24,000 nt of DNA. Origin: Pseudomonadota bacterium (lineage in GTDB: Bacteria; Pseudomonadota; Gammaproteobacteria; Burkholderiales; JABEVD01). The stretch is taken from positions 11,785 to 35,784 of the forward strand of contig JAJZVB010000003.1 of NCBI GenBank assembly GCA_021845885.1. Reading direction: 5' to 3'. Of the stretch, positions 9,328-17,681 are shown in pieces. Each line of letters begins with the position of its first letter. Within the stretch, counting starts at the first letter, position 1. A model generated the notes under the pieces. The model was given only the letters and a program-made list of their open reading frames with translations. It made no database searches and had not been told where the DNA came from. Position numbers and translations under genes: made by a program.

Positions 9328-9780
9328 TCAGGAAAGGGATTTCAGAAAATTCAACACGGCTTCGGCATGGCCGTCGGCCTTGACGCCTCGCCATTCCTTG
9401 AGGACTTTCCTCTGCGCATCGATGAGGAATGTGCTTCGCTCAATGCCTCTGACCGTTTTGCCGTACATCGTTTTTTGCTTGATCACGCCGAAAATCTGGC
9501 AAGCCGTTTCCTCGGCATCGGAGAGGAGGTCGAAGGGAAGGGCGAATTTGGCTTTGAAATTGTCATGGGATTTGATGCTGTCCCTGGAGATGCCGAAAAC
9601 AGCGCAATCGAGTTTCGCGAATTCTTCGCTCAAGTCCCTGAATTGCTGGCTTTCCGTGGTGCAGCCTGAAGTGTTGTCTTTCGGGTAGAAATATAAAAGG
9701 AGGTATTTTCCGCTTTGGGCGGACAACCTGAAATTCCCGCCGCCGGTGGAAGGCAGTTCAAAATCCGGAATGGTTTGCAT
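9328..9780 (-). CDS. bcp: Thiol peroxidase Bcp (peroxiredoxin Q/BCP family)
   Basis: 150 aa. The peroxidatic-Cys motif is LLYFYPKDNTSGCTTE. Overall the protein is colinear with E. coli Bcp (GISRDS, FDLLSD, ERSTFLID). It lies 6 nt upstream of the PhoH-like gene on the same strand, so the two are probably cotranscribed. Confidence 0.92.
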   Translation of the reverse strand: MQTIPDFELPSTGGGNFRLSAQSGKYLLLYFYPKDNTSGCTTESQQFRDLSEEFAKLDCAVFGISRDSIKSHDNFKAKFALPFDLLSDAEETACQIFGVIKQKTMYGKTVRGIERSTFLIDAQRKVLKEWRGVKADGHAEAVLNFLKSLS

Positions 9781-9817
9781 GATGCTGGAACGGGCTCCTT
9801 TAAGGAAATTTCAGGTA

Positions 9818-9847
9818 ACCTTAACTTAACTGCATTATGCTTGTCAA
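9818..9847 (-). promoter_or_regulatory. Candidate sigma70 promoter for bcp and the PhoH-like gene
   Basis: The minus strand reads TTGACA (9847..9842), an 18-nt spacer, then TAAGGT (9823..9818). AAGGAG (9800..9795) lies 14 nt before the bcp ATG. Confidence 0.3.
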
Positions 9848-9903
9848 AGCAGTTCAATCTGCCGATCTGGATGAAAAACGGGTTATAAATTCAATCCCTG
9901 TTT

Positions 9904-9947
9904 GGCCAAAGTTTTGCTATAATCTGCAAAGTTTGCTTGCCTTGGCC
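9904..9947 (+). promoter_or_regulatory. Extended -10 promoter (TGcTATAAT, 9915-9923) bracketed by two near-palindromic CAAAG-TTTG sites and an outer GGCCAA/TTGGCC inverted repeat
   Basis: The sequence is GGCCAAAGTTTTGCTATAATCTGCAAAGTTTGCTTGCCTTGGCC. Site 1 is CAAAGTTTTG (9907-9916). Site 2 is GCAAAGTTTGC (9926-9936), a perfect 5+1+5 palindrome. The site centres are about 20 bp apart. It lies upstream of the hydrolase-ACP-KAS genes. Confidence 0.45.
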
Positions 9948-10017
9948 CGGTTATGAAGTATACATGGATTTGCGTTTATTGGGATGGGAGGCGTTCTGGA
10001 AAAAGGATGGTCTGCGG

Positions 10018-10872
10018 ATGGTAGCGGTGAATGGAATTGACAAGGATATCAATCTGATCAAGGGAGAACATGCTGTATTGCTGATTCATGGTTTGTCCGG
10101 AACGCCGCTCGAAATGCAATATGTGGCCAAAATGTTGCACAAAGCGGGATATTCCGTCAGGGCTCCCCACTTTTCCGGTTACGGTTACGAGAAGGATGCT
10201 TCCACGAAGAAGTGGCAGCAATGGCACAGGGAGGCCGTTGCGCATTTCGATGACATGAAGCGGAAATACAAGACCGTTTCGGTGTGCGGCCTTTGTATCG
10301 GTGCCGTTCTCGCCCTGAACCTCGCCATCGAGAAAGGGGAAGAAGTGGCGGGACTCTCCCTGTTGGCAACCACCCTTTATTTCGACGGGTGGAGCATTCC
10401 CTGGTATCGTTTTCTTCTGCCCCTGGGTTACTATACGCCTTTCCGGTATGTCTACTCCTACCGCGAAAGGGAACCTTACGGACTCAAGAACAAGCAGCTG
10501 CGCGCCTGGATTGCCCGGGAAATGGCCGAGAAATCGACTTCCGCTGCGGGTTCGGCGAGGATTCCCATGAGCGGAATTTTCGAAACGGACAAGCTCATCA
10601 GGACGGTGAAGCGCAACATGTCGAAAGCCACGGCTCCTGCGCTGATCATGCATTCCCTGGAAGACGATACGGCTACGGTGAAGAGCGCTGATTTCGTCGA
10701 AAAGCATATCGGCAGCAAAAAAGTGCGCAAGGTTTTCCTCGATGACTGCTATCATATCGTGACGCTGGACAATCAAAAGCATATCGTTGCGGAAGAAACC
10801 ATCCGCTTCTTCAATGAAGCGATCGCCAGCGATGCTTCCCAAGTTGAATTCGACACGGTTCGTGTGGCTTGA
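10018..10872 (+). CDS. Alpha/beta-hydrolase (Est/monoacylglycerol-lipase-like fold) with Cys in the nucleophile elbow (G-L-C-I-G)
   Basis: The oxyanion region is AVLLIHGLSGTP. The nucleophile elbow is VSVCGLCIGAVLAL. The acid region is IMHSLEDDTATV and the His region is DDCYHIVTLD, in typical alpha/beta-hydrolase order. The frame is open from TTG 9937. I prefer ATG 10018 (AAGGA lies 10 nt upstream); ATG 9964 is also possible. Confidence 0.8.
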   Translation: MVAVNGIDKDINLIKGEHAVLLIHGLSGTPLEMQYVAKMLHKAGYSVRAPHFSGYGYEKDASTKKWQQWHREAVAHFDDMKRKYKTVSVCGLCIGAVLALNLAIEKGEEVAGLSLLATTLYFDGWSIPWYRFLLPLGYYTPFRYVYSYREREPYGLKNKQLRAWIAREMAEKSTSAAGSARIPMSGIFETDKLIRTVKRNMSKATAPALIMHSLEDDTATVKSADFVEKHIGSKKVRKVFLDDCYHIVTLDNQKHIVAEETIRFFNEAIASDASQVEFDTVRVA

Positions 10873-10882
10873 AACATAATAT

Positions 10883-11137
10883 ATGACTACTTTACAAACG
10901 ATACAAAAGCTCATGGCGGAAAATTTCGAAATGAGCGAAGCCGATCTTCAGCCGGAAAGATCGCTCGAGACATTGGGCCTCGATTCTCTTTCCGTTATCG
11001 AATTCATGTTCGTTCTGGAAGATGAATTCAAGATAAAACTGTCCGACGAGCGCATTGAGATCAAGACCATCAATGACATCGTCACGCTCGTGGACAAACT
11101 TGTCGCCGAACAGCATTCTTCAGAGCCGAAGCATTGA
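10883..11137 (+). CDS. Specialised acyl carrier protein (NodF-like)
   Basis: 84 aa. The phosphopantetheine attachment motif is LGLDSLSVIEFMFVLEDEF. The protein is acidic and of helical ACP size. It sits 10 nt after the hydrolase stop, and its own stop overlaps the KAS start. Confidence 0.85.
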   Translation: MTTLQTIQKLMAENFEMSEADLQPERSLETLGLDSLSVIEFMFVLEDEFKIKLSDERIEIKTINDIVTLVDKLVAEQHSSEPKH

Positions 11138-12369
11138 GACGAGTCGTCATTACCGGCCTCGGGGTCATTTCTCCGGTCGGCAATAACCAGCGCGATTTTT
11201 TCTCCAATCTCATGTCGGGGAAATCCGGCGTGAGGGCGCTGTCTGCAGCATTTTCCGACAAGCTTTCCATCCGTATCGCCGCTGAAGTGGATTTCGATCC
11301 TGCCAGGCACTTTTCCAGGATGAAGCTCGGCTCGCTCGACAGATTCAGCCAGTTCGCCCTGGTTGCGGCGAAAGACGCCATCATGGATTCGGGCCTCGCT
11401 CTTTCGGAAGCCGAGAAGAGAAGATCGGGCGTTTACCTCGGCACCGGCATAGGCGGGGTGGGAACCATAGAGGAAGGCTACGTCGAGATCTATACCAAGG
11501 AATTGCCGAGATTCAAGCCGCTCACCGTCCTGATGGCGATGAACAATGCGGCGGCTTCGCAGATTTCGATGGAATACGGGCTGCAGGGGCCCAATGTGAC
11601 CTATTCGACCGCCTGCTCTTCTTCGTCCATTGCAGTCGGGGAGGCCTATCGGCTTATCCGGGACGGCTATGCCGATGTCATGCTGGCCGGAGGAAGCGAA
11701 GCGCTTTTGACCTACGGCACGATCACCGCCTGGATTTCCCTGAGGACGCTTGCGCTTCCTGACGAAAAGGATATTTCCGCCTCCTGCAAGCCGTTTGCCA
11801 GGGACAGGACGGGGCTCGTCCTGGGGGAAGGGGCGGCTGTCCTCGTTCTCGAAGAAGCCGGACGGGCCGTCGCCCGCGGGGCGACGATTTACGGCGAACT
11901 GATCGGATACGGTTCGGCGAACGACGCCTGCCATATCTCCAAGCCTTCCGTGGAAGGGCAGGTGAGAACCATGCGGCTCGCCATCGAGGAAGCCGGGATC
12001 AGGCCCGAAGAAATCGATCACATCAACGCCCACGGCACGGCGACTTCGATCGGGGATGCGGTCGAGACAGCCGCCATCAAGGAAGTGTTCGGCGTCCGCG
12101 CCTATGACATTCCCGTGACTTCGACCAAATCCATGCATGGGCACATGATGGGCGCGACCGGCGCGATCGAATTCATGGCGGCCCTGCTTGCCATCAGGCA
12201 CAAAAGCGTTCCGCCCACCGCCCATCTGGAACATCCCGATCCAGAATGCGATCTCGATTATGTCCCGAATGTCGGAAGGCGCGAACTCGACATCAGGACG
12301 GTCATGTCGAATTCCTTCGCTTTCGGCGGCAGCAATGCCGTGCTGATCGCAAGGGAATTCAGTCCTTAA
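11134..12369 (+). CDS. Beta-ketoacyl-ACP synthase, KAS I/II family (FabF/NodE-like paralogue)
   Basis: 411 aa. The N-terminus is RRVVITGLGVISPVGN. The active-site Cys is in YSTACSSSSIAVGEA, and the two His are in INAHGTATSIGD and STKSMHGHMMGATG. The C-terminal motif is NSFAFGGSNAVLI. TTG 11134 is the first possible start after an in-frame stop at 11074-11076. TTGA overlaps the ACP stop. Confidence 0.92.
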   Translation: MRRVVITGLGVISPVGNNQRDFFSNLMSGKSGVRALSAAFSDKLSIRIAAEVDFDPARHFSRMKLGSLDRFSQFALVAAKDAIMDSGLALSEAEKRRSGVYLGTGIGGVGTIEEGYVEIYTKELPRFKPLTVLMAMNNAAASQISMEYGLQGPNVTYSTACSSSSIAVGEAYRLIRDGYADVMLAGGSEALLTYGTITAWISLRTLALPDEKDISASCKPFARDRTGLVLGEGAAVLVLEEAGRAVARGATIYGELIGYGSANDACHISKPSVEGQVRTMRLAIEEAGIRPEEIDHINAHGTATSIGDAVETAAIKEVFGVRAYDIPVTSTKSMHGHMMGATGAIEFMAALLAIRHKSVPPTAHLEHPDPECDLDYVPNVGRRELDIRTVMSNSFAFGGSNAVLIAREFSP

Positions 12370-12387
12370 TAACCCAGGAATTCCTTT
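12351..12387. repeat. Imperfect inverted repeat AAGGGAATTC-N17-GAATTCCTTT centred on the overlapping convergent stop codons of the KAS gene and arnD
   Basis: Arm 1 is 12351-12360 and arm 2 is 12378-12387, with 9 of 10 positions complementary. The loop contains TTAA (12366-12369), which carries both stop codons. Neither side has a U-tract. Confidence 0.5.
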
Positions 12388-13265
12388 CCCTGCATGGCGA
12401 GCTTTCCGGCGCGCCCCGGAATTTCATCGTAAACCAGTTCATGCCTGGGAAGCGTGCCGGGCGCCAATGATTCGTAATAATGCTTCAGGGAGACAAGCTC
12501 GTATCCCATGCTTTTCCATCCCTGAAGCAGCTTCTCGAATGTGTCGATCAATTTCATGCCTTCCAGTTCGGCATGAAGGGTATAGACATGACCTGTCGGC
12601 CCGGGATTCTCGCTCATTTTGAGCAAATGACCGGCTGCATCTTCTTCCATTCCCAACAATTCGTCCAGCGTGGGCAGGGTGGTGGGGAGCTGGGGGCAGG
12701 CAATGATTTCGGCGTTTTGCACCGGAATGAAGGGACAAAATCCCCTGGCATCTGAAGCGTAATCGAATCCCAGCTTCTGGGTGAGGCGGAAGGCATGGGC
12801 ATTCATCTGCCAGCCTGCCGCGCCGTGGACATGGGCCGGTTCATCGAAAATCTCCAGGAAGCGGTCCTGGGCTGCCCGCATTTCCCGCTCCGTCCATGCT
12901 TCGTCCGCGTTCGCGACATTATTCTGCCACTTGACGTGGTCGAAAGTATGGATGCCGACTTCGAAGCCGGCTTCCCTAACTTCGCGCATCAATTTGCCGC
13001 AGCGCCTGCCGATGTCCGGCCCTGGAAGCAGGGTGCCGTATAGCAGGGTCTTCAGGCCGTAATGCTGCAGAACCGAGGTCCTCGACACCTTCTTCATGAA
13101 TCCGGGCTTGAATGCCCGCTTCAAGGCCCATCCGGTATGGTCCTTGCCCAGGCTGAACAGGAACGTGGCGCCCGCCCGGTTTCTGTGCAGCAGCGACATG
13201 AGCGGAAGGATCCCTTCCTTCGTTCCGCGATAGGTATCGACGTCTATTTTCAGCGCAAGCTTCAT
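12366..13265 (-). CDS. arnD: 4-deoxy-4-formamido-L-arabinose-phosphoundecaprenol deformylase (polysaccharide deacetylase family)
   Basis: [23 protein letters not shown] compares with E. coli ArnD [20 protein letters not shown]. Later motifs are [11 protein letters not shown] and YTLHAELEG. The start is placed at ATG 13265, which makes an ATGA overlap with the upstream stop, rather than the Arg-rich track extension to 13358. Confidence 0.88.
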   Translation of the reverse strand: MKLALKIDVDTYRGTKEGILPLMSLLHRNRAGATFLFSLGKDHTGWALKRAFKPGFMKKVSRTSVLQHYGLKTLLYGTLLPGPDIGRRCGKLMREVREAGFEVGIHTFDHVKWQNNVANADEAWTEREMRAAQDRFLEIFDEPAHVHGAAGWQMNAHAFRLTQKLGFDYASDARGFCPFIPVQNAEIIACPQLPTTLPTLDELLGMEEDAAGHLLKMSENPGPTGHVYTLHAELEGMKLIDTFEKLLQGWKSMGYELVSLKHYYESLAPGTLPRHELVYDEIPGRAGKLAMQGKEFLGY

Positions 13266-14308
13266 GCGTCGACGAGTTTTCGCGCCTCGTTGACCTGATC
13301 GCGATAGGCTTCGTAGATATTGACGAGCGCATCCTGCATCGACACCTTGGGCTGCCATTCGAGATCGCTGCAGGTATTGTCTATTTTCGGCACGCGGTTC
13401 TGCACGTCCTGATAGCCTTTTCCGTAATATTCGTCCGAGGTGGTTTCCATCACCTTGACGTTTTTCGCCGTGGACTCGTATTCCGGATAGGTCATGGCGA
13501 GATCCAGCATCATTTTCGCCAGTTCCTTCACGGAATAATTGTTCTTCGGGTTGCCTATGTTGTAGATCTGGCCGGAGGCGATGTCGTTTTTGTTGTCGAT
13601 GATCTTCATCAGCGCGTCTATGCCGTCGTCGATATAAGTGAAGGCGCGTTTCTGCGTGCCGCCGTCGACCAGCTTGATGTTATCGCCCCTGACGATCTGC
13701 CCAAGAAACTGGGTGATGACCCTGGAGCTGCCTTCCTTGTGGGTATAGATGCTGTCGAGCCCGGCGCCTATCCAGTTGAAAGGCCTGAAAAGGGTGAAAT
13801 CGAGCCCTTCCTGCATGGCATAGGCCCAGATCACCCGGTCCATGAGCTGCTTGCTGCAGGAATAGATCCATCTCGGCTTGTTGATGGGGCCGAGGATCAG
13901 CTCGGAGTGGTCGGGATCGAATTCGCTGTCCCTGCACATGCCGTAAACCTCGGAGGTCGAAGGGAATACGACCCTTTTCCCGTATTTAACGCAGGCGCGG
14001 ACGATGGGCAGATTGGCCTCGAAATCGAGTTCGAACACCCTGAGCGGTTCCTTGACATAGGTGGCCGGGGTGGCGATGGCGACCAGCGGAAGGATGGTGT
14101 CGCATTTCTTGACGTGGTATTCGATCCATTCCTTGTTGATGGTGATGTCGCCTTCGAAGAAATGAAAACGGGGATGATCGAGCAGATCGGCTATGCGGTC
14201 CGTCTGCATGTCCATGCCATAGACTTCCCAGTTGGTCGTATTGATGATGCGGTTCGACAGGTGATGGCCGATGAAACCGTTGACGCCTAGGATCAGGATT
14301 TTTTTCAT
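13262..14308 (-). CDS. arnA: UDP-glucuronate dehydrogenase/decarboxylase (stand-alone C-terminal ArnA domain)
   Basis: [17 protein letters not shown]...[81 protein letters not shown] is near-colinear with E. coli ArnA residues ~315-440. The start is at ATG 14308. The track extension to 14455 is Arg-rich and overlaps the upstream gene. Confidence 0.93.
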   Translation of the reverse strand: MKKILILGVNGFIGHHLSNRIINTTNWEVYGMDMQTDRIADLLDHPRFHFFEGDITINKEWIEYHVKKCDTILPLVAIATPATYVKEPLRVFELDFEANLPIVRACVKYGKRVVFPSTSEVYGMCRDSEFDPDHSELILGPINKPRWIYSCSKQLMDRVIWAYAMQEGLDFTLFRPFNWIGAGLDSIYTHKEGSSRVITQFLGQIVRGDNIKLVDGGTQKRAFTYIDDGIDALMKIIDNKNDIASGQIYNIGNPKNNYSVKELAKMMLDLAMTYPEYESTAKNVKVMETTSDEYYGKGYQDVQNRVPKIDNTCSDLEWQPKVSMQDALVNIYEAYRDQVNEARKLVDA

Positions 14309-14316
14309 GGGAGTCC

Positions 14317-15237
14317 TTAAGTGAGGATAGTCGGAGAAGCGCCGAAACGGCGATTCAGTTTTTCGCAGTCCGCCAGTTCTCCGTCGATTTCGAAAGAGAC
14401 CAGCCGCAACACGCCCCCGCCTCCGCAATCGGCATAGCATCGTCCGTTTTCGCAATAAAGGGAAGGTTTCCCGGATCGGGGAGGGCGGTTCTCGACGAGT
14501 GTTTTCAGTATTTTTAATCTGACGCCGCCGATATCATAGAATGCGCAGGGATAGGGGGGCGCCACGGCTCGAACCAGATTGTGAATGGCTCGGGCGGATT
14601 GCTGCCAGTTTATTTTTCCGTCTTCAGGCTTTCTTCCGCCGAAATAGCCGCCTTTTGCGAGATCCTGCTTCTTGAACCTGGCATGGCCAGAAATCAGTTC
14701 GGGAAGCGCCCTGTTGAGGGTGATTTCGGCCGCGCAGGTCACTTTCCTGAAAACCTCGATGGCCGTATCGTCGGGAAGAATCGGGACGGCCGTCTGGTCG
14801 ACGATGTCGCCGTTGTCCGGCTTTTCGGTCATTTTGTGCAGCGTCGCCCCGGTTTCTGCCTCGCCATGGATGATCGCCCAGTTGACTGGCACTCGCCCCC
14901 TGTACTTCGGCAGCAGAGAGCCGTGCATGTTATAGGCTCCTCTTTTGGCCAGGGAAAGGATTTCATTATTCAGCATCTGCCTGTAATAGAATGAAAAAAT
15001 GAAATCTGGAGCAATTTTTGCTATGTCTTCAACGACTTCATGCGCATTCGGATCCTCGGGCTTGACGACGGGGATGCCGTGCAGTTCGGCTAGTTTTTCG
15101 ACGCTTTCGAACCAGATCGATTCATCGGGATGGTCTTCGTGGGTGACGACAAGGGCCACTTCCACATGATGCGCGAGCAGGACCTGGAGGCATCTGACCC
15201 CGACGTCGTGATAGGCAAAAACCACGACCCGGGTCAT
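14317..15237 (-). CDS. arnA: UDP-4-amino-4-deoxy-L-arabinose formyltransferase (stand-alone N-terminal ArnA domain)
   Basis: [21 protein letters not shown]...[18 protein letters not shown]...[36 protein letters not shown] matches the E. coli ArnA N-terminal domain. The gene ends with TAA at 14319-14317, 8 nt before the decarboxylase start. Confidence 0.92.
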   Translation of the reverse strand: MTRVVVFAYHDVGVRCLQVLLAHHVEVALVVTHEDHPDESIWFESVEKLAELHGIPVVKPEDPNAHEVVEDIAKIAPDFIFSFYYRQMLNNEILSLAKRGAYNMHGSLLPKYRGRVPVNWAIIHGEAETGATLHKMTEKPDNGDIVDQTAVPILPDDTAIEVFRKVTCAAEITLNRALPELISGHARFKKQDLAKGGYFGGRKPEDGKINWQQSARAIHNLVRAVAPPYPCAFYDIGGVRLKILKTLVENRPPRSGKPSLYCENGRCYADCGGGGVLRLVSFEIDGELADCEKLNRRFGASPTILT

Positions 15238-16166
15238 TGTTCTTTCTCCAGTATCGCCTCGATCAGGTACCTCGGCCTGTGTCTGACTTCCTGGTAGATC
15301 CTGCCGATGTATTCGCCGAGCAGCCCGATGCCGAAAAGGATGATGCCGATGAAGAAGAATACGATGCCGAAAAGGGTGAACAATCCTTCCGCTTCAGGAC
15401 CCACAACCAGCCTCCGGATCGCCAGATAAATGACGAACAGGGCGGACAGCAGCGAGATCGCAATGCCGGACAGGGAAAACACCTGAAGCGGCACGACCGA
15501 AAATCCCGTCATGAGGTCGAAATTGAGCCTGATCAGGCTGTAGAGCGAATATTTCGATTCGCCGGCAACTCTTTCTTCGTGTTCGACTTCGATTTCAGTC
15601 GGGCGGCTTGCAAAGGTATAGGCGAGCGCGGGAATGAACGTGTTGATTTCCCGGGAAGAATTGATCGCCTCGATGATGTTCCTGCCGTAGGCGCGCAGCA
15701 TGCATCCCTGATCGGTCATTTTGATCCGGGTGATGCGTTCCCTCAGGCGGTTCATCATTCTGGATGCAAGGCTTCGCCAGAGGCTATCCTGCCTGTTCTT
15801 CCTGATGGAGCCGACATAGTCGTAGCCTTCGTCCATCTTTTCGAGCAGCCTGCCTATTTCTTCAGGAGGATTCTGCAGATCGGCATCCAGCGTGACGACA
15901 TATCTTCCCCTGGCATGCTCGAATCCCGCCATGATCGCCATATGCTGCCCGAAATTTCCCTTGAGGAGTATGACGCGGGTGACGTCCATTCTCGCCTGGA
16001 ATTGCGCCTGCAGGAGCGACGCCGAGCGATCCCGGCTCCCGTCGTTGATGAAGATGATTTCGAAGGGCCGTCCGAGTCCGTCGAGCGCGGGATAAAGCCT
16101 GTCGAAAAGCGCCTTGAGCCCCTTTTCCTCGTTGTAGACAGGGACGATGACTGAAACTTCGGTCAT
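15234..16166 (-). CDS. arnC: Undecaprenyl-phosphate 4-deoxy-4-formamido-L-arabinose transferase (GT2)
   Basis: VSVIVPVYNEEKGL and EIIFINDGSRDRS are present, with the DAD motif in VVTLDADLQNPPEEI and two C-terminal TM helices. ATGA overlaps occur at both ends (16163-16166 and 15234-15237). Confidence 0.9.
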   Translation of the reverse strand: MTEVSVIVPVYNEEKGLKALFDRLYPALDGLGRPFEIIFINDGSRDRSASLLQAQFQARMDVTRVILLKGNFGQHMAIMAGFEHARGRYVVTLDADLQNPPEEIGRLLEKMDEGYDYVGSIRKNRQDSLWRSLASRMMNRLRERITRIKMTDQGCMLRAYGRNIIEAINSSREINTFIPALAYTFASRPTEIEVEHEERVAGESKYSLYSLIRLNFDLMTGFSVVPLQVFSLSGIAISLLSALFVIYLAIRRLVVGPEAEGLFTLFGIVFFFIGIILFGIGLLGEYIGRIYQEVRHRPRYLIEAILEKEQ

Positions 16167-17272
16167 GATCCGAGTATTCCTGAAATTGCAGCAATCACGC
16201 TTTCCACGTCTCCAAATTCCATTTTTGGAAAAAGGGGGAGGGTCACGGTTTCACGGCCGATGCGCTCGGCATTGGGGAAATCCCCCTCCCTGTACCCGAG
16301 TTTGCGGTAAAGGCTGAAGAGATGAAGGGCGGGGTAATGGATGCCTATCCCTATCCCTTTCTCGTGCATTTTCTTGATGAAGGCCTGCCTGGATATCCTG
16401 AAATCCTCGAAAGGAATCAGGGGAGCGAACATATGCCAGCTGTGTCCAGCGCCGTTCGCTGGAAGGAGACAATTTTCAAGCGACCAGCATTCGAAATAAT
16501 GCTCGACGAGTCTTGCACGCTTTTCGTTGAATTCTTCAAGGCGTTTCAATTGCCCCAATCCCACCCTTGCCGCGACGTCAGAAAGGTTGTATTTACCCCC
16601 TGGAAGCACCACGTCCTGGTTTCCTTCATCGTCCTTCAAAATGCCGTGGAAGCGCAGCCTGTCGAGCTTCTCGGCCTCCAGCGGATCGGAAAGGCTGAGC
16701 GCCCCCCCTTCTATAGTGGTCATGTTCTTGTTGGGATGGAAGCTGAAGGAAACCAGGTCGCCGAAACTGCCTATTTTCTTGCCATGCCATGTAGTGCCTA
16801 TCGCATGCGCCGCATCCTCGATCACCCTCAAATCATGCCTTTGCGCGATGTCGTAAAGACCATCGCAATTCGCGGAAAGTCCTGCAAAATGCACGGGCAT
16901 GATGGCCCGGGTTTTGGGGGTGATGGCCTTCTCGACCGCATCGAGATCGATGTTGCGAGAATGGATGTCGACGTCGACGAAGACAGGCTTGGCGCCTACG
17001 CGCATGATCACGTTGGGGGTGGCGGCGAAGCTCATGGCCGGGGTGATGACCTCGTCGCCTTCGCCAATGCCGCAAATTTCCAGGGCGACTTCGAGCGCGC
17101 CCGTTGCCGAAGTGAAGCTCCTGACGATCCTTCCCTCGAGGTAATCCGAAAGCTGCGCCTCGAAGGCCTGCACGTTCGGCCCGGTCGCAAGCCAGCCGGA
17201 GCGCAATACTTCGGCGACGCCCAAAATCGTCTCTTCGTCTACATCGGGTTTCGTGAACGGAAGATATTCCAT
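16163..17272 (-). CDS. arnB: UDP-4-amino-4-deoxy-L-arabinose--oxoglutarate aminotransferase (DegT/DnrJ/EryC1 family)
   Basis: MEYLPFTKPDVDEETILGVAEVLRSGWLATGPNVQAFE compares with E. coli ArnB [38 protein letters not shown]. The PLP-Lys motif is FSFHPNKNMTTIEGG. Confidence 0.92.
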   Translation of the reverse strand: MEYLPFTKPDVDEETILGVAEVLRSGWLATGPNVQAFEAQLSDYLEGRIVRSFTSATGALEVALEICGIGEGDEVITPAMSFAATPNVIMRVGAKPVFVDVDIHSRNIDLDAVEKAITPKTRAIMPVHFAGLSANCDGLYDIAQRHDLRVIEDAAHAIGTTWHGKKIGSFGDLVSFSFHPNKNMTTIEGGALSLSDPLEAEKLDRLRFHGILKDDEGNQDVVLPGGKYNLSDVAARVGLGQLKRLEEFNEKRARLVEHYFECWSLENCLLPANGAGHSWHMFAPLIPFEDFRISRQAFIKKMHEKGIGIGIHYPALHLFSLYRKLGYREGDFPNAERIGRETVTLPLFPKMEFGDVESVIAAISGILGS

Positions 17273-17309
17273 AATATCAATAAAATAAAATGTTTTTCAA
17301 TAAATTGCA
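17273..17309 (-). promoter_or_regulatory. AT-rich 37-bp spacer between arnE/F and arnB with a direct repeat TTTATTGA x2 (minus strand) and no Shine-Dalgarno
   Basis: The minus strand reads TGA-tgcaaTTTATTGAaaaacattttatTTTATTGAtatt-ATG. The repeats lie at plus-strand coordinates 17297-17304 and 17277-17284, 20 bp apart. This is the only non-overlapping junction in the arn operon apart from the 8-nt arnA split. Confidence 0.4.
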
Positions 17310-17681
17310 TCAACTTCTCGAAACGATGTAGACGCCCAGGATGATGATGCCTATGCCCAGGAGCTTCGCGAGAGAAAGATTTTCGCCGAACAGGTACCAG
17401 GCTGCGAAGGCATTCACCACGTAGCCTATGGAGAGCATGGGGTAGGCGACGCTGACCTCGACCCTGGAGAGCGCCATGATCCAGACGACAACCGATATGC
17501 CGTAGCAGGCGAGCCCCCCGATGATCGGGGGCTGGGTGGCGATTTTCCAGCCTATGGGGACGATGTTCCCCCTGCTGAATTCGAAGGCGCCCACAGCGTG
17601 GGTTCCCGCTTTCAGCAGCAATTGCGCGGCCGCATTGAGCAGAACGCCTGTCAATATCAATAGGAAACTGGTCGGATTCAT
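17310..17681 (-). CDS. arnE: Small 4-TM SMR/EamA-type membrane protein, probable undecaprenyl-phosphate-Ara4N flippase subunit (ArnE/ArnF-like); only one copy present
   Basis: 123 aa and very hydrophobic (LLILTGVLLNAAAQLLLKAG...VAYPMLSIGYVVNAFAAWYLFGENLSLAKLLGIGIIILGVYIV). Its position between arnT and arnB, and the ATGA overlap with the arnT stop, support the call. I cannot separate ArnE from ArnF by eye. Confidence 0.7.
   Translation of the reverse strand: MNPTSFLLILTGVLLNAAAQLLLKAGTHAVGAFEFSRGNIVPIGWKIATQPPIIGGLACYGISVVVWIMALSRVEVSVAYPMLSIGYVVNAFAAWYLFGENLSLAKLLGIGIIILGVYIVSRS

Noticed and set aside
5864-9669. Very long ORFs 5864-8098 (minus, 744 aa) and 7615-9669 (plus, 684 aa)
   Set aside because: They lie antisense to the well-supported ATPase and PhoH/bcp genes. 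Their composition is low-complexity and Arg/Gly/Asp-rich, with no motifs. The same applies to 9976-10914(-), 10948-12234(-), 15237-16154(+), 16322-17344(+), 18173-19009(+), 19318-20172(+) and 20486-21391(-).
9853-9896. Direct repeat TTCAATC (9853-9859 and 9890-9896) in the bcp/hydrolase divergent spacer
   Set aside because: It is only 7 bp, in an AT-rich spacer, and is poorly positioned relative to either candidate promoter. It could easily arise by chance.
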